DNA of 64,000 nucleotides from Podarcis pityusensis (taxonomy: Eukaryota). Where the stretch lies: NCBI GenBank assembly GCA_964106645.2, contig OZ067052.1; one strand, written 5' to 3'. The notes beneath the pieces are model-generated. The model was not told the origin of the DNA and ran no database searches. It saw nothing but the letters and a program-made list of their open reading frames with translations. Made by a program: the position numbers and the translations under genes. This document shows positions 27,366 to 39,120 of this stretch, piece after piece (the first letter of the stretch is position 1; each line of letters opens with the position of its first letter).

Positions 27366-28189
27366 TAATCTTCATACTTATGTAAGAATTCATTTCTTTT
27401 CAAATATTTTTCACAATATTTCAGATGTTTTAGTTAGTTTCTTGACTTCATGAAAATAAATATTCCATCTCAGCACACTATATGTAATCTAATATGGGCT
27501 TTTAGAAATCACATGCTACCATCAAAACCAAACCTCAGTGCTTGAGAGAGCTTCTCATTCAATGCATAAAACTGTGCTATCTTCCCATACTTTATCTCAA
27601 TCTAATGTTCCTGCTTGTTGTTGCTGTAAACAAAACGACGGCTTCAGTTTCTCGGTTCAGAAAGACACGTAGGATTTATCATCAGCTACCCAATACCCTT
27701 GTTGTTCAATAAATAATTTATTTCTTTTAAAGCAAATTATGTTTGAAACTATGATCAGTTTTAAAATATAAAATTTTGGGGTACTAGTAAGGGTAGAAGA
27801 AGGATCTTTAATAAATTTTACGCACACCTGTCCCAGAATGTATTGGTATGTGTTCATTTCAAGCCATCCATAAGCATTGATATTTGACAACAAAAATGGG
27901 CCCATTATCTTTTTTTGTCAACTACTTTACATTCTGGTAATGTTCATTATTCCTATGTGTGAAAGAAGCTAAAGCAGTGACACATGTGTGGACTTGAGGG
28001 TAAACAAATTCCAAAACAAATATATATTATCGAGTAACTTATGATAAAAAATGTTCTACCATCATATTTTATGCCATTTTGAATTGCAGTAGTTGCAGCT
28101 CTTGATTGACTTATAGAATTAATAACACGTCTGTAGACTTGCTATTTTAAATGTGTGTTTTATCTTATACTCTCTTCCCTCCACATTAG

Positions 28190-28417
28190 TGAAGCGCACA
28201 CCTGGAGCATCAGAATACCCAGTGAAGGACCTTAGCACACCACCAAATTCTCCTGATCGTGGAGTTGGGAGTAATGCTGGTCAACCAAATGGTCCCGTCC
28301 GAAGCAGTGACATGTTATACCTGATTGTGGGCTGTGTCCTTGGAGTGATGGTGCTTATTCTGATAGCCTTCATTGCTATGTGCTTGTGGAAGAATCGCCA
28401 GCAAATTGCCATGCAGA
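28190..28417 (+). CDS. CDON: CDON coding exon 15, juxtamembrane and transmembrane helix
   Basis: cattag|TG..CAG A|gtaggt; [33 protein letters not shown]. Confidence 0.96.
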
Positions 28418-29249
28418 GTAGGTTAATTCTAATATTCTTCATGTCCTCTGCTGGACCAAACCTAATGAAACAATATTGTTGCCAAGTAACCTAACACCAC
28501 AACATTTACTATGAATTTCAGTTGCTGTTATGATCACCACTGAGTAACGGAGGGGAACAAATTTGAAAAAGTGCTTTATTCTTCTTATGAAACATAGAGA
28601 TTAGAGCCTAACTCCGTGCCTTCACTTTCCATTCCAACTTAGTAATAGAAATGTATTCTAGGAGAACTTTATATTTTCACTTTCAAAGGATATTGGTAGA
28701 GAAAGTTAATGGCCAACATACATAGTTACAGTCTTCTTTGAAATCTTCAGCTGGGAAAGGGAGATGCTTCCTCTTCCTACACTTTTGGTATTCTAAATGT
28801 TCATAAGGTATAGCAATTGTGTCTTGGTCCGGGGAAAATGTGGGATATAAATAAATAAAATAATAATAGCAATTTTACTTGGGTCTTATAACTATAGATC
28901 TGACAGAACAATCTATATTGCATTGTTAAGAATAGTGCTGGTGGAATAAAATAAGTGTCTTTATGCCACAAAAGCTGTCAGATTCCCCAAACAGTGGTAA
29001 ATATGCAAAACATGTAATCTGTGTTAGCCCCTTAATAATCAGTGGTGGTAATCTGCTATCTGAACTCTGTTAGTCAGATTGTAACATGCTTTACAATTTG
29101 TAAAGGGCTTAAGGCATTGTAGTGCTAGGGGTGTAAACTCTACCATGAACAGCCAGCTATAAAACATTTTCATCTGTAACCTTTTCAGATAAAAAACATG
29201 TTTAAGAGTTGAAGTGTTAAGCATTTTCTCCCAATCCTCACTCTTGCAG

Positions 29250-29536
29250 AGTATGACCCTCCTGGTTACCTTTACCAACGTGCTGATATCAATGGGCAAA
29301 TGGTTGAGTACACAACATTACCAGGCACAAGTCGTATCAATGGCAGCATACATGGAAACTTTATCAGTAATGGAAACCATAATAATGGTTGCCTTCACCT
29401 CCATCACAAGGTTCCTAATGGAATGAATGGAATCATGAATGGTGCTGTAAATGGAGGAACTGTTGTTTATCCAAGGCACACTAATTCCCTGTCCAGAGCG
29501 CACATGGAATATGAACACACCCACCACCTCGGAAAT
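29250..29536 (+). CDS. CDON: CDON coding exon 16, cytoplasmic
   Basis: ttgcag|AG..AAT|gtaagt; [24 protein letters not shown]...EHTHHLGN. Confidence 0.96.
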
Positions 29537-31235
29537 GTAAGTAAGCCCTAGATGTTAGAGGTCTGTTTCTTGAACATAATACGAAATGAAATCTTAGGAA
29601 ATGGAAAGCATTCAGCACTTAACAAAAATATGTTGAAAATTCCACAACATGGCATGCTTTTTGAATCTTAACTTGCAGGAAGTAACCTCATAGAAGTATG
29701 TTACATTAAAATTAATCATTTCAGACCCCTACAAGAGAACTGCACATGTATTTCAAATGACATCTCCATACATCTCAGTTAATTTTATATTTTGAATCTG
29801 AATATATGGATTTGTTTGTGAACTCTATCCCCACCCAACCCCCTTTTTTACATAACCCATGAGCTTTTACTGCACTGTTAGGGGTTAGAATCTTCATTTT
29901 TAAACAGCATTTTTAACACCCAATATTAATGTTTTGCTAACCTGGTGATTACAGAGAGGCTCAAAAAGGTTGGCTAAAAGATCAAGCATAGCAAATATGC
30001 TGTCTTTCAGTTCTCATCATTTCTTGTGACTCTGCCAAGTTTTTCAGAATAAAGATGTTATGCATGCATGTGTGAACCTGATGGGATGAACAAACACCAT
30101 TGAAAAGTTTTGCGTTAGACTTGGTTGAAGAAAGTTGTGCTTTTAGTGATCTATTTTTATATTATATATGTGCATGTCATCAATGGTGATTTTTTATGTG
30201 TGAACCAGCATATAGATAGATAGAGGTAACTTGCATTAGTGTAGTTTCCCATGTACTATTCTGCTTTGTTGGTTTTTTTTGTTCTTGAAGGCTGTCAGCC
30301 CAACTTTGATGAAGGTGCTTGGGTGGAATTATTCCTCAGGCATTCTCAGTTTAGCTCTACGTCACAGTAATAATGGCAGTTACACATTGGATACCCTTCC
30401 ACTCACTTACATTGCTTGGAGATTTTTGTGATCTTATTGGAGACTTTTCACATTCTTCCATTAATTGTGCCAGAACCTTTAGCTTTATGACCAGGCTGTT
30501 ACTACAGCCCCATTTCAGGTTTAACTTTTAAGCAGTGCACTTTATTACATTACAGTGTGCCAAAACTTTAGGTTAATAAATCAGAAAATCCCTCCTCCTG
30601 GTCCTGCTCTGACACACCATAAGTCTATCTGCATTCTGAATGTTTGAGACTTGGGTTGAAATTATTAAGAATGATTGTGATTAGGCCCATGTATTATGAA
30701 AAAAATATTCATTTGTTTCCCCAAGGAATTATCTAAATACTAATTTTTTTTTAACACTAGTCCTGCTCAAAACGTTTTGAATATTTTATGGGGAAACAAA
30801 TAATGTGTTCAATTTTTTTGAGTAAGTATACTTCTGAGGGTAGTGGGGAATATAGGACTAGTGTTTGTTTTTGGTAACTGAACACAAGAGCTTCATTTTA
30901 GGGAGAAACAGATTGCTGCTCAAGCAAGAGTTGCCACTTCAGATAACCTTGCCTTATCTTATTTCTTTTTCCAGCACTCTTAAACTCCTAAGTTCTCATT
31001 CTTTCTAAAAAGCCAACCCAAACACTGATTTTACAAGTATCAAAACACGATTCTATAAGAATTCTGTAAGTGATGGATATATCCAGACTATGTGAACCTA
31101 AACAGAACAATTGTCTATTGTCTATATAGGGGTATTCCAGGGACACAAACCTAAAACAGGTGTTAACCAGTTTTCTTTTAGATGCTTGTCTAAGGCCTGA
31201 TTCTCACTTTGACATTTACATTCTTAATAAAAATA

Positions 31236-31464
31236 CAGTCATACTTCGGGTTACAGGTTGTGTGTTTTCGGGTTGTGCACCACCCCAAACCCGGAAGTAC
31301 CGGAACGGTTTATTCCAGGTTTCGGCGCATGCGCAGAAGCACTAAATCGCACTTTGCGCATACACATAAGTTCCGAAACGCGACCCCCTCGTGCGCAGAT
31401 GCGGCGCTGCGGGTTGCGAACGTGCCTTCCGCACGGATCATGTTCGCAACCCAAGCGTCCACTG
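31236..31464. mobile_element. Tc1/mariner-pogo (Tigger-like) MITE
   Basis: TA|CAGT...ACTG|TA with imperfect TIRs; CpG-rich interior with repeated tgcgca. Confidence 0.8.
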
Positions 31465-32652
31465 TAGTACTTTTAAACTAAATATGAAATCTGTAGTTCA
31501 GCATGCATGCCTATAAAATAATCCAAAGCAAAGGCCTTTTCTTATTCACTGGTTTTGTTTATTTCAAAGGGCTGCATACTGACATTTAGAGAGAGACACT
31601 CTTCAACTTAATGAGAGCCATGTGTCTGTTGTACTTGCCCCATCCATAATATCAAAGTGAGAATCTGCCTATAATATTCTAATTTGTCCTCTTCATCTTG
31701 AAACAACACACCAGGGCTAAATTGGAGTATGAAATTGGAATTTTGTGTGGCTATATAGTACGTTCTTTTAAGGCCCTCGACCTACACAGAGAACCATGAT
31801 TTACTGGTGAGCAAATTTATTGCGTTGAGCAAATGTGGCAACTTAGAACTAGTGTACAGGAGGAGTTTTGCTTTGGATGTCTTCATAGTCAAATACTGGA
31901 CAGAAAGATTTGTTCAGTAGAGTTTGAGTCTTGGATGTAAAATGGTCTTTCACAGTCTTGAGTAGTTAAATACAGATTTTTATTGCCACCTGTACTACCT
32001 CATTTTCAAATATTCCTCAAACCTGCATCTCCCTTGCATTCAGCAGTGAGGTATGTGTTAATCTTAGCATTTTTATTTGTAAAGGATTCTGCAGCCAAAA
32101 CCAACAATTCAAAATCCCTCTCACCCCCAAACCCCAAATCACTCTTGGCTGGTGAATTATTGCATCTGTGAAAATAAAGAACATTTCAAAACTGAGTTTG
32201 GTGAAACAAGCTGATCTAATCAGATTAATTCCAAGAAAATCAGTCAGATGTATTCATCATACTAGCCACATGTATATCTTGTCTCCACAAGCAGACAAAA
32301 GTCTGTATTGGAAAGGAAATTACTTTCATGTCTCATCTGTGTGTGAAGCATTTTCAGTTTTGTCAAATTTGAGTTGGGCACTACAGGCTGAAAACAGAGC
32401 CAAGGAAATTACAACATACGTGGGCAAGCTACAGCTGTTAGTTTTTGCTGTGGCATACATGCTGAAAGTTAGGCTTTACAAAACAAATTTTGCAATACTG
32501 TGCGCTCTGTCTTTTTGATGAATGCCAAACTTCATTACAAATTAGAATAGAATCTTGTTGTTGTTGTTAAATGTAACAGATGGCATGCTTAAGGGCTTGA
32601 ATTTATTCTGATTTGTTATTCTCTCCCCATCCCAAACCCCCAATTTATCTAG

Positions 32653-32732
32653 GGTGGTGGTGTATACACAGCTATGCCTCAGACAGACCCTTCAGAATGC
32701 GCGAACTGCCGGAACTGTCGGAACAATAACAG
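32653..32732 (+). CDS. CDON: CDON coding exon 17, cytoplasmic Cys cluster
   Basis: atctag|GGT..AAC AG|gtagta; GGGVYTAMPQTDPSECANCRNCRNNNR. Confidence 0.95.
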
Positions 32733-35700
32733 GTAGTAAACCGGGGAAAGGAGAATAAAGTGAGCTTTGGGATTGAGTCTGCTCCAGTTGCTTACTACAC
32801 CTATGCATTTTAGGGGCTTTCAAATGGAGGTTGCTTTTTATCCCTGATTTTCACATAAAGACTATGCAAGATTTATTTATAAAAGCTGTTACGTTTTATG
32901 GAAATGTGCATCCTAAGATGTTGGCACTTTAACAACAGCTTCCTGGGATTTCTTGAATACTTTGAGTCCAGAAACAGGTACCATAGCAGCTGGTAATGCT
33001 GCCTCAGGATAAAAATAATCTAATCTTGTGTTCTGTTACCTTGCCATTGCAAATGAATGGGTGAGCTTGCAAATCTTCTAGGTTTATTGTTGTTATCATA
33101 CCACTGTGATTTCAACATGGGTGTCTTAAACATCCCAAACAAGGGATGAATATCATCACCCAGAGGAGCTTCTCTCTGGATCCTCGTAGCTTAGTTTGTA
33201 AGCTAAGCTTCCAAGAGGCATAGTTCTTTTGCCATCCATTCTCTTTTATCTTCCCCATCTACCAGCACCTTCCAGTCTTTTCCCAACTGGAACATCTTTG
33301 ATTAGCTTGTTCCCTCTATGATATTGAATTGGTATATGATAGCCCAGCAGGTGCACGCTGTTTTCTTCCTTTTATATTGAATTATTACTATGAAGAGGCC
33401 CCAAAATAAGTTAAAAGTCCCCAAGCTCTGTACAGCAAAACAGAACACAAGAAATGCGGATTATCTGCTCAATTTGTATGTTCCAGTTGCAAAATGGGAG
33501 TACTGGATTGACAGTTTTGAAGTATGGCAGGTGTTTTAACAGACCTCTTATCCTTGTAGTGAGGATGGGGCATGCAGTTAGGTAATGAGCTAAGTGCCTC
33601 CAAAAATACAGGATCTGCATCTTGCCGCGAGGTATCTCTGAACCCTTCTCCTGAGACTTCAGATCAATGGCAGGCTAAACACCACACCCAAAAATGTAGC
33701 ATCAAGCAAGAGAATTTCCAGTTTCCACAGATGCACAAATATGTCATTTCACATAACGTTTATAAGAGTCAACAGGAGAAATGACGCTGTCCAAGAACCA
33801 GCCACAAGGTTGGGTGTGGCTCACTGCTTAGCACTGGATACATTTGGCTACTTTGGAGTCCTGAAAAACAGTTCCATCTTCAAATATATAGTATCTAGTT
33901 GCTACAAAAGTCATCCATCGACACAGAAAAATGCTCTTAGGAAGCACAATGACAGGAAAGAACAGCTGTTACAAGCTCATCATTTTTAGGCTGAAAGTTT
34001 CATGCTGCAACAGATAATTTCATTATTCTAAAAGAAGCTAACTGCATGTGCACATCAAGAGAAACTGGGTGATTGGATAGAGCTAGTAATAAAGATAATC
34101 CAAGCAGAGGTTATATTGGGTATAATATTATCATTGTTAAATGTTTCCACTTTACTCTTTTGTAAAAGGTGCCAATCCCCCCCCCCCCAAGTTTCTTAAG
34201 TGACCACGGCAATAACTAGTCGGCGAATCAGAGCGCCATGTATGCTGCCAAACATCTCTGCACATGCACCTGAATTCTTTGGCTTTCCCATTTCAACTCC
34301 AACTCCCTTAGGTGCACCAGAGGCTGCTCTAGTGAGACTATCAGATTTCAAGAGTGACTCTTCGGGGTCCATGGTGGCAGGAGTGAGAAGTCACAGCTTG
34401 TGGGGGGAAGGTTCAGTCAACATCTCTTTAGTCTTACCCTTGATTTTTGCAACTTTCCATTAGCAAACATTGCACACCGTAGTCAGCGAGAAACCACTGT
34501 CTGTCTGCAGGGGACACGTGGAATGCCCTGGTTGATTACCAGGGTTAATTTGGTCTTATTTTGCACACAGCTGACCCTTTTGGGCCCTTAGATCAAACAA
34601 ACTCAACATTTGAGGATCAATGCTAATGTTTTCCTGGTCAGACTGTTTTAAATACACCTGGGGTAATAGTTCTCTTTTACAGAAGATAAAAAGCACTCCT
34701 TGTGTTGGCTGTATATTTTGAGCTTAGTGGCTTGTGGAGTAAGGGGAAAACCCTCATGCAAACATTTTTAAGTTTGTTCATTCCAGAATATAGCCAGTTT
34801 CTTGCCCTTCAGTGTAAAACAAGCGGAAATTAAATGGCTTAGTCAGGAGCCATTCTTAATTCCTTTGCTGTCAACTTAAGTAAGCACAGCTTCTAAAATA
34901 GATGATTATACCGTAGAACTGTGTAGCAGTTCTGTGGTGTCAGTTTTTCTTAGTATTGAGTGTGGTGCAGTCATCCCAGTCTTCTCTAATCAAAGACTGA
35001 TGTAACTATGATTCCAGGATTGCACAATCTCTACTTATAGTTGCCTGTGTTTTGAGTCAGTCACGTATTTATGTGTTTATTACTTTAGATGCGCAAAGCA
35101 AATAATGTTTTATTTTAAAGAAAAAGTTATCCCCCAGCATTCAAGCCATTCTGTGTTGCAAATTTTAAAGCAAATGTACTATACTTTCAAATAGAATCAG
35201 ACAAAAATGTAGTAGTAGATCTATGCTGACTATCAAAAGTCGGATTTTACAGGTCTTCTGTTAAAAATACACAAGGAGAGTTAATTCCATGATTATGGTT
35301 AGACCACAGTGTGCGCATCAGCATTTGCCTCTGCTGTCTGCATTTGTGTCTTTTTGGGAATCTCTGTGATTCTTGCAATAGGATATGGGAAGGATCCGAT
35401 TGCTCAGGTAGAGCTGAGGTTGCAATTGTTTTGATATGCACATTTAAATATACATTTGGAAACCAGCACTTTGACCTATACTATTGGAAGAGCAAAGGCT
35501 CCTAAACAGAGGTTCTTAGTTGTTGCCTTACAGATGTGGAACTCCCTTCTAGATTTCCATTGAAGTCTTAGCCTGGATACCTTCCAGAAGTATTTTTAGG
35601 CTAGGTTTATACGTGCAGCAGAATTTATAAAATCTCCTAACCCACAAGGCATCTCACAACTGTAAATCAAAACATAACAACTTACCAATAATAGAACTGT

Positions 35701-38185
35701 TAAAAATATACAGCAACAGGTTTGAATTACTCAAATGAAGCAAAAAATGTGGCAGAACAAAGTCTTTTCAATTCGCATAAATGGCATTAAAGAAGGGACC
35801 AGTTGACTCTCCCAAAGACCGTTCCAGAGTCTAGACATTGCAGCCAAGTATTCCGTATCCTGCTGGACCTATGATGGCAGTGAGATGCGGAGCATGGCCT
35901 CTAAGAACATAGAAACATGAGTCTATAGGTATCATTGTTATATGATCCCCATATTGGTTTAAAAGCCTTGCCAGGAATAGAACCCTTAGCTGCTAATGAG
36001 GGAGGTTGTAGCCGAGCATTCAAAAACATCTTTCCACCTGTAGTCTGATGTGATGCAGTCCATTTTACTGCCTCATTCTAGGACAGACATAACCTTCCCT
36101 GTTCTGGCTGGCTTTTAAAGCTCAGACATAAAGAGGTATATTGTGACTTCTGTATGTAAATTGTGTAAATGCAGCATCAGGTTTTTTTACTTGGTAGAGT
36201 TGTGCTGTGTCTTAGCTGAAAATGACAGTGCTTAAGCATCCTAATGGCGTATACAATGGAATAAATAATCCTCTAGCTGGTAAATGTAGGAGATGCAAAT
36301 GTATATTTGGGGTAACTCTCAGGGTCTCAAGATGTGGGCTACGACCTTCCTGGGGGATTGTGAAATAGTCGTGGGAAAGTTATGCCACAAGAACTTCATG
36401 GAATAATCCAGCAGTGCTGGAAGACATAGACAGACGCTGGCTGGTAACTTGTGCAAGCAGCAGCTGAGTTCCTTGTCTTGGCAGAAAATATAGATATGGA
36501 GAAAGGGCAATAGCACTCCTGCTAAGGTCTTGAATATCCATTTGTTCAAGTGCATAGGTTCTCACACGGCACAGAAAGATATATGCTGCTCTGTGCTACA
36601 TTGTCTAGACACTCTTCCACTATGCACAAGGTTAAGGGAGCCTGAAATTTTTAAAAAAAATTAAGAGGATGGCTTGTTAACTTGAGACACATTTTAAATA
36701 TCCTGCAAATAAGAATCTTGCAGCTTGTGTTGTATTTGTCCATATGAGTGTTCCATTTGTGAAATGAATCTTCTCTCTCTCCATTCACATTCCTCCTCTG
36801 AATCCACCTTTTCTGTGAATCCTGTGCCCTAACTTCTTAATCTTGATCACAAGCCACAGGTCTCTGTGTATTTCCATCTGCTCACATTCATCCCCTTTAG
36901 CTCTGTTGTCTCTCATCATGACGAAATTTAGATTGTAAGCTACTTGCAGCAGGCGACTTTTGGGTTTCTTCTGTAAAGTGCAAAGCACGTCGTTGGCACT
37001 GTATAAATAACAAAGCATTTCTAATTATGATTCTGCTTCTGTGGCTAAAGAAAGTTCCACATAATAAGCTTTCCGTCTGTAAAGCTAAATATTATGTAGC
37101 TTTAGGATGTATTTTGACAGCCATTGTGAATAAGTGGTGTGGTTGCCAAGGAATAATTTAAGACAGAGCTTCATGTTAATCATCTTCTTCCTAGGAGATA
37201 ATTATGGAGAGCTAGCAAACCATAGTCAATGAAAAGTGAATGAATTCAAAGAAAGTATATGCCAGCAGTTCCTCTACTTGGTGGAAGAATGCTTTCTATG
37301 TTTTATTTCAAGTTCTCATAAAAAACCCTGTAACAAGAAAAGGTTTAATTTAAATCACTGTAAACATGTATATATATGAGAGGATGAAGTGCAGTGTCAA
37401 AATATTTTTGCTACTTCTATCATAGTTTTGGAGAATATTCTTAATTGTTCACATGCTTTGTGTCCCAGATTTTCAGTTCATATGCCTGTCTTAAATAGAT
37501 ATGGGTGTGCTTTGGTTTCTCATTTGTTTAGTTACAAATAATATAGTTAAGTACTTGTTAGCATATATCTTGAAAGTTGAAAAAGCAAGTTGATAACCAC
37601 CTCAGTGTCCTTAGAAGCTGGTTCTCCAGCTGCAAACATTTATAGCACTGGCAGTTTCCCAACACTTTGGATTAGCTCTGGGCATGTCTACAAAGGATTT
37701 TAGCTGTAAGATGCCTTTTTTTGTTGTTCAAAGGCTAAGTAGATTCCGCTATAAGGAATTGACTTCCTTCCCTGCTTGACTAGTCTTTCACAATCCAGAA
37801 TGAGAAAGAATTATCAAAGATTCTTTCTGGGAAGGCTTAGAAAGCATGTTCTCACTTTCTAAGTTTACAATGCTGAAGAATCCAATATTGAATGTAATCA
37901 CTCTATCAGCAGCACTTTAACAGAGGTCAAGTTACCAATTGAAAGAGCAAACTGATATTGAAGTTCTTTTTCTTATATTTCCAAAAAAATACCCCATTTA
38001 AAAATGTGTAAGAGAGCACTTAGTGGGAGCTGGCTTTAAAAAAAAAAACACCTCTATTTTGTACAACTGGGTAATGAAACATTGTTTATTTCATTTATGA
38101 ATCACTTTATAAGGTTCATCACAAAGTGATTTACAGTATACTTCATAGTGAGCCATTTTCCATGAATGTGTTTGAATTTTTCTAG

Positions 38186-38439
38186 GTGCTTCACTAAAAC
38201 CAGTGGCACTTTTGGAAGCAACCCTGCAGCTGTGATGCCCATCGTAGCACCTTATCAGCAGGACAGTTTAGAAATGAAACCATTGAATCATATGATGGTT
38301 GCAATGTGCTTAGCGTCCACAACCCCCGGATGCAACGCTGAGGCAGAGGAAGACGGCAAGGAGAAAGTGGATCCCCCATCTCCCCGGGACTCCTGTGACC
38401 AAGAAAATGTGAATCCACTCAGTACAGATTGTATAGAAG
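38186..38439 (+). CDS. CDON: CDON coding exon 18, cytoplasmic
   Basis: ttctag|G TGC..GAA G|gtacgc; CFTKTSGTF...APYQQDSLEMKPLNH. Confidence 0.93.
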
Positions 38440-38956
38440 GTACGCCAGCATTTTGGGAATTGTGGAAATATATAGCTGCCTCCGAGGCAGTTGCTTTTTA
38501 TTTATAATCAGAGCAATTTAGCACAGAAACCAAACTCAGACTGAGATTAAATACTTAAGCTTCTTGTGGTTCCCTGTGCATGTTACGGAATTTGGTGCTG
38601 TGGTGCTTAAACTGCGGGCTTCTTTTTCTTTTTCAAAAATGGATTTCATCCAGTACTCTCCTTGGATTATTTGTGGTGACTAAATTGTTTTAAACACTGT
38701 GCTAATTTATTTAAATCTCTGCCAAGACCACCTTCGGCTGTGATCTTGTGTTTCAGCAACTAAGATTAATCAAACTAGCTACTTAGGATAGAAGAGCTGC
38801 AGGACAGCGGGGGAGGGAGGAATGTTGATGATTCATCAAATAGTAGTCTTGTTTCCCAGCCTGTTGGAGCTTGTATGAAGCCTCTTGATAAATTTGATGG
38901 TTGTTGAAGTTGCTAATAGACAACTAGATAATAATAGCCGCGTTTTGAATTTGCAG

Positions 38957-39120
38957 ATCACAGTGCACATTTGGAAACATCAGATCACATGTTGAGCTGG
39001 AGCCCCCTTATTCTCCAGCCTCTTTCAAAAGACTGTAATGAAAAGACAGAAGGGATTTCAAATGGCGTTACGTTGGACGGTTTGGGGAGTCTTCGACAGC
39101 TCCAAGTACAAGAGACTTAA
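38957..39120 (+). CDS. CDON: CDON last coding exon with stop codon
   Basis: ttgcag|AT; DHSAHLETSDHMLSWSPLILQPLSKDCNEKT...QVQET TAA (39118-39120). Confidence 0.93.

Noticed and set aside
31236-31464. CpG-rich patch as a possible internal promoter
   Set aside because: Fully explained by a TA-flanked MITE.
33480-33990. Possible highly decayed LINE fragment
   Set aside because: I could not assign a family or boundaries by eye.
38440-38507. Read-through of CDON exon 18 giving the alternative C-terminus GTPAFWELWKY...
   Set aside because: A short open stretch past a donor is expected by chance, and the downstream exon supplies the homologous C-terminus.
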